Below, piece after piece: positions 26,810 to 37,090 of a stretch of 64,000 nucleotides of DNA. Position 1 is the stretch's first letter. Every line of letters starts with the position of its first letter. The notes under the pieces were generated by a model. The model did no database searches. It saw only the letters and a program-made list of their open reading frames with translations, and was not told where the DNA came from. The position numbers and the translations under genes were made by a program. The stretch comes from Leucoraja ocellata (lineage: Eukaryota), in NCBI GenBank assembly GCA_036785375.1, contig JAWMAR010000030.1, positions 7,254,001 through 7,318,000 of the forward strand, in the 5' to 3' direction.

Positions 26810-27690
26810 GGATGTGTTTTGCAGATGCTGGTTTACACCGAAGATGGACACAAAATACCGGAGTAACTGGGTCTCGATCCATTCCTTCTCCACAGATCCT
26901 GCTTGTCCCACTGAGTTACTCCAGCTTTTGTTTCTATCTAGCTGATAGGGATCAGTTTGATTTATAAGAAAGACCCCGTGGTTGTGTTAAATGGACTGGT
27001 TCATAGTTAGAGTCCTGAACAACTATCTACCTCATTGGTGACCCTCGGTCTCAGCGGATCAGGCAACATCTATGGAGAGAAGGAATATGTGACATTCCGG
27101 GTCTAGACCCTGCTTCAGACTCCAGTACACTAGTTATATGTCCTTCTTCAGACAGTCAGGGGAAATGGCAACGAGAGATATGGATGATGATAGAGAGAAA
27201 TATAGAACAGATGAATGAAAGAAATGCAGACAAACTTAACGATGATCAAGGAAATGTGGTACGTTATTAGCTGCGGACTAGGAGAACACAAGTTATACAT
27301 TCAATGAAACCCACCGAGAGAGAGACTAGTACAATGACTAGGATGGAGAGAGAAAGGGGGGGCTGCAAGCGTTATTTGAAGTTAGGGAAAGCAATACTCA
27401 TGCCACTGGGGTGTAAGCTGTCGAAGCAAAATGTGTGCTCCAATTTGGGTTTGGCCTCAATCTGACATCAGAGGGGGCACAGGACAGAAAGGTCAGACTG
27501 GGAAGGGGAGTTAAAGTGTTTGGCAACCAGGAGATCGCGTAAGCCCATGTCGTATAGACCCAGTGTTTAAGAAGGAACTGCAGATGCTGGAAAATGGAAG
27601 GTACACAAAAATGCTGGAGAAACTCAGCAGGTGCAGCAGCATCTATGGAGCGAAGGAAATAGGCAACGTTTCAGGCCGAAACCTCGTATA
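26810..27690 (-). mobile_element. Cluster of Penelope-like fragments (pLTRs and GIY-YIG C-terminus)
   Basis: Reverse strand of ~27370-27530 shows VAKHFNSP..LxPxGM..F.NF remnants; several pLTR copies. Confidence 0.65.
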
Positions 27691-28999
27691 GACAGACCCA
27701 GCATAGGTGTTCAGCAAAACGATCGCCCAGTCAATGTTTGGTCTCGCCGATGTATAAAAGTCCACACATCGAACCACGGAAACAGTAGATATCGGACTCT
27801 GGGCTACTACTTGCAGACACCTGCTCTAGAAGAACAACCTCTCAGCATCCATACTCTCAGTGCCTTTCAAAGTCATCATAAAAAATAAAGGTGCTGCCGA
27901 TTTAAATTTAAAACAAAAAACATTCCGCAAATTTGGCAATGAGAAGTTGCATTAATGTTCTGGGTTGAGGACTTAATCTGACCCACCCTATAGAGAGCAA
28001 GGAATCCAAAAGGTAGACAAAAATGCTGGAGAAACTCAGCAGGTGAGGCAGCATCTATGGAGTGAAGGAATAACTTGAGTTACAACAAACCTTTATGTCC
28101 ATATGTAAGATAATTATTTGCAGGACTCCCGAGGGAAAAACATGGTCTTTGCGGACCTGGCATGGACCTGATGGGCTGAATGGCCGTACAGTGTATTCAT
28201 AAGTTCATCTCGGGTCTGTTTACTTAGGCGAATATTAACTATCCCAATGTAACTATTGCAAAGCAGATAATTAAACAATATATGGGAAAAAAACACAAAT
28301 AAATCTGAATTGGACTCAGGAATGCAAGCAGCATCTGTGCAGAGAGAGAGAGAGATACTTTTTATATTTGTGAAAATCTTACTGAAATAAATCGCTCTGT
28401 CAGGCAAAAAATAGCTGCTTCGTTTCCAACCGCGCAACAGTGACTGGGATGCTATGTATTTGACTGTACAGTTTGAAAGATCCAATTTTAACATAACATT
28501 GTGACTTATTCAAGCAAATTTTCCTGCAGAATCAAACGCTGTTTTGGCATTAATGTTGTGAAGCGGCAATTCCTATGTAATAATGTGCACAATTAATATC
28601 TCTGGCGTAGCGAGTGTCCGCATATTCAACACCTGAAACGACCTCAATGTTATTCTTTGCAATCTAAACCGAAATTAAATTGGAACCCAGAGCATGGCCG
28701 AAACAATCAGGAACGGATATTATCCTTTCACAATTAAGTTTTCGAATTGAACAAATGTCCCAAAATACTTTCGCTGCAACTCGCTGTGCAAATCCTGGAA
28801 ACAATTGGTACCTAATCGCATTATGTCTTTGGTGTTGTTTTTGGTGCTGACAAAACAGATAAAACCAAGAAGGGGCACTTCAGCTGACATTTAAAGTGGT
28901 GTTTTAAACCTGAACTCAGGCATTTGCATTCTCCTTATGGATCTTTCCACAGTAGCGCTGTGAGATTGACGTAACATGTGCTGAAATTTGGCTTTCAAC

Positions 29000-29950
29000 C
29001 AAGAGCCCCTTACGTTTGTTGCTGCTTTACTGTGGAGAGGAGAGCACAAACGAGTGTCTCGCACTGACCTCCCGGCGGCCGCAACCAGTCACCTCGCTCA
29101 AGATGTGAATGATGGCGAGAACCAGGGCTATGGAGACCTCCCGGGGACATAGCGTTTGCTGAAGAGACGAGGAGGTCATGGGGACCGGCGAAGAAACCCT
29201 GGTCACCTTGAGTGGTGGCGCGCCCTGGGGTTTCAGGCTACATGGAGGATCCCAACAAAACATGCCGCTTCGAGTCGCCAAGGTAGGACAGCGGCCCAGC
29301 ACATTAACCCCCGCCCCACACCCGGTCAGGGAGAGCCCCCAGCGGAGGAGGGATCCCAGATGAAAGAGAGATACTCCAAGACAGAGAGGTGGTGGGGTAG
29401 GGGCGAGAAGTAGGCACCGCAACACAGAGGTAGACCCCAACTCATTGAGATTCGTACCCGAGCAAAGCCTTTCTTCCCCCTCCCCCCTTTTGGACCCCAG
29501 CCCGCAGAGAAATGAGAGAGAGAGCGCGGGACGACCGATAGCGATATATCTCCTTTCCAACGATACGTGCTCAGAGCCCTGCCGAGAAAGAGACCCTCAA
29601 ACCAAGGGAGACGAGGGAAATACGCTTAACTGCCCCCCAAATTGGAGGGAGGGAGGGGATTGCCAGAAAGAAAGACTCATACCAAGAGACACCCCAGAAG
29701 TTGCCTTCATCTGCAAATAGTTTACGGAGTTCGGGCCACACACACAATCACCGTATTTCGACATAATTTACTGCTATGATGCTCGATTCCGTTTTCGCAC
29801 CGGCCAAGTACTTTAAACTTTGATCTCAAATTACTTGGGGCAAAGACCCCGAACGTGTCAAAGCGGTCGGTAAAGTCAGACTAACTTTGAACGGCGGCGT
29901 GTGCGTACCGCGGGGGATTTTGCAGGAGCCAAACTCTTCTCAGGATTGCA
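29000..29950 (+). promoter_or_regulatory. SYNPO2L: CpG-enriched promoter / first-exon region of SYNPO2L
   Basis: Elevated GC and CpG content around the ATG. Confidence 0.6.
29178..29282 (+). CDS. SYNPO2L: SYNPO2L exon 1 CDS, PDZ N-half (MGTGEETLVTLSGGAPWGFRLHGGSQQNMPLRVAK)
   Basis: gtcATGG Kozak context, GGAPWGFRL PDZ motif, AAG|gtagga donor, 105 nt, phase 0. Confidence 0.95.
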
Positions 29951-30543
29951 CATGTATCATATCGATTTACCCTGTTGCTGAGGCTATGTGCGTGGAATCA
30001 ATATCACCCGGCTCCAATGCATCTCCAGCAGGATCCTTCAACACGGATATACACACATGACCAGCTGAATTATTTTCAGCAAAATCTTTGCCAAGCCCGT
30101 TGATTTGGTCAACCTGGCTGGTAATTGGGAATATTCGCACATGATGTAGAAACTCGCTAAATCTGATTGAATCATTCGGCACGCCTGCAACATTAACGCG
30201 GGCAGCGGCCAAAAGATTTTGGAGGTCAGATGCCAAATAAATCCTCCATGAGATAAGAGGGGAGGAGGATACTGACATTTGCTTTCAATTCATTTCCGAG
30301 TCCCCATTCTGGAATAATATTGGAACGATTCTTAATTGTCACTAAATATCAAAACTACAAAAGTGACTATACCACAAAAGTGGATGTAAATTGCACTGAG
30401 GCAATCATAGGTTCTGCAAAGCACCTTACAAATGTATTCTTTCTTTCTTTTAACAACGTCTTCTTCTTGCGTATGGCGTGCACAGTCTAAAGTTGTAGGA
30501 CAACGTGTTCTATTTGATCTTACTTGATTGTGCACACCAGGTT

Positions 30544-31294
30544 AATAATAATACATTTATTTATGGGCGCCTTTCAAGAGTCTCAAGGACACCTTACAAA
30601 AATTTAGCAGGTAGAGGAAAAACATGTAAGGGGAATGAAATAAATAGTAGAGACATGACTAGTACACAAAGTAAATACAGAATTCAATACAAAACACAAT
30701 ATGAGGCAATTAATGCACAGATGAAAAGGGACGCACGTGGGGCTAAGGATAGGCAGAGGTGAAGAGATGGGTCTTGAGGCGGGACTGGATGATGGTGAGG
30801 GACATGCGGATCAGTTGGGGGAGGGAGTTCCAGAGCCTGGGAGCTGCCCTGGAGAAGGCTCTGTCCCCAAAAACTGCGGAGGTTGGACGTGGATGGAGAG
30901 GAGATCGGCTGATGTGGATCTGAGGGACCGTGAGGGTTGGTAGGGGAGAGGAGGTCTGAGATATGGGGGGGGGGGGCGAGATGGTGGAGGGCTTTGTAGG
31001 TGAGGATCAGGATTTTGTAGGTGATCCGGTGGGAGATGGGAAGTCAGTGAAGTTGTTTGAGGACTGGAGTGATGTGATGCCAGGATTTGGTATGGGTGAT
31101 GAGTTGGGCGGCTGTGTTCTGGACCAGTTGGAGTCGGTTGATGTAGGTGGAACTGATGCCAAGGAGAAGTGAGTTGCAATAGTCCAGTCGGGAGGAGATG
31201 AAGGCATGGATGAGTCTTTCAGCAGCGGGCAGTGTGAGAGAGGGTCTGAGTTTGGCGATGTTGCGGAGATGAAAGAAGGAGGTTTTAATGACAT
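30544..31294 (-). mobile_element. 5'-truncated L2-clade LINE
   Basis: FFHLRNIAKLRP...HAFISSRLDYCNSLL...HITPVLKQLH L2 ORF2 motifs; gaaaggcgcccataaataaa(t)(tat)n tail; AGGTT duplicated at 30539-30543 and 31295-31299. Confidence 0.9.
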
Positions 31295-31299
31295 AGGTT

Positions 31300-31353
31300 G
31301 ATTGCATTCGTCGAAACAGGGCGGACCACGTGAAGGTTGCAATCTCGCACCCC
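31300..31353 (-). ncRNA. Predicted HDV/CPEB3-like self-cleaving ribozyme (54 nt), copy A
   Basis: GGGGUGC GA GAUUGCA ACC UUCACGU GGU CCGCCCU GU UUCGA CGAA UGCAAUC. P1 with G1.U wobble, 7-bp P2, 3-bp P3, canonical L3, J4/2 CGAA. Confidence 0.82.
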
Positions 31354-33149
31354 TTTAACAATGTTAAGTATATCCATGTGTAGGAAGGAACTGCAGATGC
31401 TAGTTTACACCGAAGATAGACGCACAAAGCTGGAGCAAATCAGCAGGTCAGACTGAAGAAGGGTCTGACCCAAAACGTCACTTATTCCTTTTCTCCAGAG
31501 ATGCTGCCTGACCCGCTAAGTGTGTCTATCTTCCAAGTATATCCATGGCGCTTTCACATAGCCAGCACAGACATCATGTTTCAAATAGCCTTCTTCTGTG
31601 CAAGGTAATTCTGTGATTCCAGATAACTGCTTTATTCCTTGCCCTGTTTTTCGGCTTTAGCAACTGATCGGTGATTACATACTTCGCTGGAACAGTAATC
31701 ACATTGGAAAGTGGAAACAGATGGTATAAATAAAACGGGAAAAAAGCATGTTTGTGACCTGTATGTGAGTTGACAGTATTGGATCAGAAATATCCCTCCC
31801 AGCAAGCTGTCTCCATTGCCAACACCACAGATATTTCAGATTTTCAGGATACTTGTATCCTCATGTTCTGATAGAGTATGAAAATAATTGTCAATTCAGT
31901 CATTCTTTGTTCAGAAGATTGCAAATCTACACTACTTTAAATAAGTTGCTGATTTGAAGGGTCTCGACCCGAAACGTCACCCCCCTTACTTCTCTCCAGA
32001 GATGCTGCTGCATTACTCCAGCATTTTGTGTCTATCTTCGGTATGTAACCAGCATCTGCAGTTCCTTCCTACACAATTATTTTTCATTGTCTGTGCGTTA
32101 CCAATGTCACATTCAGTTTAAGGCAGCGATGCAGTTGTAATGTTGATAACAGAAACGGTTCAAAATGAGCAGGTGAGCAGTCTTGCCTTTCAATTAGAAT
32201 TAGAGGCTGCAGAATAGATTCAGGTTAAAAATAAATCTTATCAGTTTGGAATAGGTATAGTAATGAGACCTGTGTCTAATGAGTGTAGTGAGTGCAAAAA
32301 GAAAGCGAAGGAGTGGGAAAAGCAGGCACTGGGGAACGTTTTCAGAGAAAATGTGTAAAACAGGTCTGAGCAAGGTTTGTGATGCTGGATTTTGGAGAGA
32401 TTAATGGTGGCATTTAAGGTTAGGATAGTGAATGTTGCAGCCAAGACATATGTCTGTTGCAGTCCATATCAAACATCTATGTTATTTGTGTCCATTAAAA
32501 CATTTATTTGTGGCCAGAGAAACATTATTGGAGGAAATAATAATTTGTGATAAATGTTGAGAAGGACAATGAGGTAAACTGGGTAGCTGAAAAGTAGTTG
32601 ATTGGTCAGGTCCTTGGAAATATGAGCATATTATGATGTTGGTATATAAGCATTTTTATTTGTTTGGTCAAAAGTAAATTTCTCATAGACTTGCTCATTG
32701 TCAGGAGAGTGTTGCAGGACAACAGAGGAGCATGGATTTGGGTCTCTTCAAGCTGAAATGCATCATCTAATTGGTTTAAGTCAACAGATGTCCATTGCAT
32801 TCAAGCTCAATCAAGGGTTTTGGCTCGAAACGTTGCCTATTTCCTTCGCTCCATAGATGCTGCTGCACCCGCTGAGTTTCTCCAGATTTTTTGTGTACCA
32901 ATGTTCAGATTGCTCTTGTGAGATATCTCTGATTAAAAATGTTAAACTTTATTCAGGGTACATTACCACTAATAACGAGTGCCACTAAATATACAGTGTA
33001 GGAGATTGTCAGAATGTGCATTGACTGTAATTTTGCTTACCATTTGGTGGTTTGTTATTCAATGTTATCACATGAAATTGATGACAATTTGAAATATGAA
33101 TATAAAGATTAAAAATCACTTCAAAATTCAAGGCTCCTCTGAAAAGAAT

Positions 33150-33876
33150 CAATCACAATAATACTTTATCAGCCAAGTATGTTTTGCAACATACAAGGAA
33201 TTTCATTTGCTAAGTCAGTCATACAATAAAAAGCAACGAACACATATAACACATGAACATCCACCACTGCCACCCCTCCACATTTCTCACTGTGATGGAG
33301 GACGAAAAAAAGTTAAATCTCTTCCCTTAGCTCTCCCGCGGTCAGGGGCCTTGAGCCCTCCATTGACGGGAACAATCTTGACTCCCATAGATGGCGGCAT
33401 TTGGACCCTCCGCGTTGGGGTAATCAGCTCCTGCATTGGGGGGATGTCGGCTCCCCCGCGCCGGCGATCGAACCCCGCGTTGGGGCTGGTTGAACCTTCC
33501 ACGACACTGGAGCTTCCCGACTCAGCCTCTCCCGAGACTGCTAGCTCCCGATGTAAAGCCTGCAGGCCGCAGTTGGAGCGATCCCAGGCAAGGGATTGAC
33601 TCCAATGTTAAGTCCACATCCCACGGGTGCACTCAAGGTCAGTCCGAGGATGCCTCCAGCTCCATCGATGTTAGGCCGCAGAGCGACCGGAGTCACGATC
33701 TGAAAAGTAATCGCATCCCCGGCAAGGTAAGAATAGAAAAAACAGTTTCCCCCGACCCCCACATAAAGCAAACTGGAGAACATTTACACAAACTTTTAAC
33801 ACGCCCTAAAAGTAAAAAAGATGAAAAAACGGACAGACAGTTGGCGGGGCTGCCAATCATGCCACGCCCCTGGTGA
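33150..33876 (-). repeat. Unclassified GC-rich interspersed repeat with LINE-like tail
   Basis: Abrupt CpG-rich block. Shares ctcactgtgatgg with the repeat at 50410-50655 and has an aataaa-type tail on the minus strand. Confidence 0.45.
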
Positions 33877-34365
33877 TGATACGACAGTATCTCCAAATTT
33901 GGCTTGGTGTTCATTTTTATCTGATTACATTCTGTGAAGTGCCAAAATATTTTATTCTCCTATGAGTTAATTTTATACAAGTTGTTGAAACCTACCTCAC
34001 TCATTCACTGTGCTGCTCTATTATGATGCTGATAATAAGATAAATTGAACTGGGAAATGTACTCGGAAATATAATGAGTATCAATTAGGACACAGGCAGC
34101 AGGGATTAGATAAAATTAGGTTTAAAAATGATCGAACAAAAGCATGAATGGTAGTAGATAAATCGAGGCAGTGACAGGTCATGTTGCAGATAATTAATTC
34201 GCATGACAGATCAATATGGGGTCACCAGCGCAGTTCATAATCAGATAAGGCACATAGATTGCACATTCTCAAAATATTTTCACTCGTTGAAGGATCAATT
34301 AAATGGATTATTTTGAGAAGATGAACTAGAGTGAAAAGTAAAGGGACAATTAAGTATTTTAGAAG

Positions 34366-34497
34366 TGTTTAAGAAGGAACTGCAGATGCTGGAAAATCGA
34401 AGGTACACAAAAATGCTGGAGAAACTCAGCGGGTGCAGCAGCATCTATGGAGCGAAGGAAAGAGGCAACGTTTCGGGCCGAAACCCTTCTTCAGACG
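34366..34497 (-). mobile_element. Penelope pLTR-type repeat with minimal hammerhead core
   Basis: Minus strand reads CUGAAGA-A-GGGU UUCG GCCC-GAAAC-GUU at 34494-34467. Confidence 0.65.
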
Positions 34498-34877
34498 CAT
34501 AGAAGCTTGCAAAGCAATTAAAAAAACCTCAAGATTACAACATTTATTATGCTTCTCGCCAATCTCCTATAACTATTTGTAAATTTAGAACGAAATTACA
34601 AAGGGCATATAGAAAACATATTTTCTGAGGACTGCTCTCATTTATTGCTAAATATTGTTCCCACAATAAATTACAGATTTGCCCCACATCTTGTGACGGT
34701 ACTGGATTTTATTTGTTTTTGGGTAGGGATAAGGTCACTCTCAATGAGCTGATGGAAAGAAAAGGTCATCCTTTTCTCGGCTGAATGCTTGACAGAGAAT
34801 TTGAATACGAGGCATGCAGTTCTGACTATAGGAAAGGTGAGAAGCTCTTTGGACATTGCTTGCTAGCATTTTGGCTT

Positions 34878-35005
34878 CTTCTTCTTGCGTATGGCGTGCA
34901 CAGCCTAAAGTTGTAGGACAACTTGTTCTATTTGATTGTGCATGCCAGGTTGATTGCATTTGTCGAAACAGGGCGGACCATGTGAAGGTTGCAGTCTCCC
35001 ACCCC
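34878..35005 (-). mobile_element. Ribozyme-headed short retroposon, copy B (intact, 128 bp)
   Basis: Perfect 11-bp TSD CATTTTGGCTT at 34867-34877 and 35007-35017; (AAG)3 tail; homologous to copy A. Confidence 0.9.
34952..35005 (-). ncRNA. Predicted HDV/CPEB3-like ribozyme, copy B (partly decayed)
   Basis: GGGGUGG GA GACUGCA ACC UUCACAU GGU CCGCCCU GU UUCGA CAAA UGCAAUC. Full 7-bp P1, but L3 G->A and one P2 mismatch. Confidence 0.72.
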
Positions 35006-35686
35006 ACATTTTGGCTTGATCGATGGTGACATCACCTGGCTCAGTTAACAGAGTATTATCTGTGGACACGGGCACTATTCTTCCATTGCCACAGTCTCTG
35101 AAGGACTGTTCTTTAAATCAGAGCTTGAACCGAGTTCCTGTCTGCTTGTTGGAATGAGTGGAAATGGTGATATGGGATTTGATATGGGAAAGCACAGCTG
35201 CTGAATCCTTGCCAGAGAGCATTCCCAGTGCTCAGTATTTCACAGAGACTTAAGGCAGAGCAACACGTCTCTTGGTTAAACACTTAGTTTGCTTTAGTTT
35301 AGTTTAGTTTATTATCACTGAGATATAGTGAAAAGCTTTTGGTGCATGCACATTTTGGCTTTTTGACTAATTTTGCCTGTGCCAACTCTTTGAAATAAAT
35401 ATCCAATTGATTCCACTTCCTGTATTCCATTACTAGAACCCTGCATTTTTTTCCTTTTCACATATTTGTTAATTTCCCTGTTGTAACTTCTGCTTTGACA
35501 AACCTCTCACTACATTGAAAACCATCCACCTTTTCTCACTTTTTGCGCCAATTTCTGCAAAAAACATCAGATCACATTCTCGAAGCATTTATTTTGAGAT
35601 TAAATAATTTAGTTTCATTTTCATTTTATGAATGTCAATCTGCCCTTAGAATTATGGAATTTCCCAGGAACTACTCAGATCAGATA

Positions 35687-35991
35687 GGGGCAGCGCATTG
35701 GTGCAGCGGTAGTGCTTCTTGGTTTGATCCCGACTATGATGACCTGGGTTTGATCCCGACTATGGGTGCGGTCTGTACGGAGTTTGTACGTTCTTCCTGT
35801 GACTGCGTAGGTTTTCTCATTGATCTTCGGTTTCCACCCACACTGTAAAGACGTAGGTTAATTGACTTGGTATAAGTGTAAATTGTCCTTAGCATGTGTA
35901 GGATCGTGTTAATGTCTGGGGATCGCTGGTCAGTTCGGACTCAGTGGGCAGAAAGGCCTGTTTCCGCGCTGTATCTCTGAACTAAACTAAA
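35687..35991 (+). mobile_element. HE1-like V-SINE with duplicated B-box segment
   Basis: V-domain and tail as in the 9121 copy; ggtttgatcccgactatg occurs twice. Confidence 0.8.
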
Positions 35992-36449
35992 ATCACATCC
36001 AGTAAAGGAGCCCCGCTGAGCCCCGATCACAAAATTGTGGAGTACAGAGGTAAATAAATTAATGATGGGTCTTTGTCGTAAACATTATGGAGGACACTGT
36101 ACATTTCTCTCCCTCAACCATTTATCCAGTTCCCTTTTAAATACCTTTCTGAATTCTGTCTCCCCATTGTTTCTTGTCACAGCATCCCCCTGCGTTGAAA
36201 CCTTTCCTAATCCCCCCACGTTTTCCATGACGTTTGTAAATTTATCCCCATAGTTACTGACATACCTACCAGTGGAAAGAGTTTGCTGCTATTTATAAAT
36301 ACCTTTGAACCCCTTGAACAGGTCTGCTTTTATAGCTGATTGTTCTTGTGAAAAGTGCAGCAACATCTCTCATGCCACTTCACAATTAAATCCTCACTCC
36401 CAGGATCAAATGTTGAAACTGCACACTAAGATGGAACACTTGTTCTAAC

Positions 36450-37090
36450 ATTACAAATGGTAAGGTCGCATTGGGACTATATTGTTCAGTTTTGGTCACT
36501 CTGCTATAGGAAGGATGTTGTTAAGCTTTACAGAGTGCAGAGAAGAATTATAGAAACATAGAAAATAGGTGCAGGAGTAGGCCATTCGGCCCTTCCAGCC
36601 TGCACCGCCATTCAATATGATCATGGCTGATCATCCAACTCAGTATCCCATACCTGCCTTCTCTCCATACCCCCTGATCCCTTTAGTCACAAGGGCCACA
36701 TCTAACTCTGAGGATTTTGCCAGGACTTGAGGGTCAGAGCTATAGAGAGAGGTTGGGCAGGCTAGGACTTTATTCATGGAGCACAGGAGGATGAGGGTGA
36801 CCTTATAGAGGTGTTTAACATCATGAGGGATATGTAGTCTTTTGCCCAGAGTTGGGAAATCAAGAGCCACAGGTTTGTGAGACGGGAAAGAACTAATAGG
36901 ATGCTGAGGGGCAACTTTTCCACACAGAGCAAGGTGGGTGTATGGAATGGGCTGCCAGAGGAAGTAGTTGAGGCAAGTACTATAACATTTAAAATACATT
37001 TGGACATGTACAATAATAGGAAAGGTTTAGTGGGACGTAGGGCAATTGCAGGGAGGTGGGACTAGTGTAGATGGTGTATCTGCTGTTGAC
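36450..37090 (+). mobile_element. Old CR1-type LINE 3' region containing a younger antisense CR1 tail (36550-36708)
   Basis: Host motif gtgcagagaaga|...|gaggattttgccaggacttgaggg is interrupted by the reverse complement of the 57340-57505 tail. Confidence 0.75.

Larger units (their letters stand above)
30460..31353 (-). mobile_element. Ribozyme-headed short retroposon, copy A (138 bp, split by an L2 insertion)
   Basis: Halves 30460-30543 and 31300-31353 match intact copy B. 11-bp TSD TTTAACAAYGT at 30449-30459 and 31354-31364; (AAG)3 tail. Confidence 0.88.

Noticed and set aside
28933-28940. CCTTATGG as an SRF CArG box
   Set aside because: Only four A/T between CC and GG; does not fit CC(A/T)6GG.
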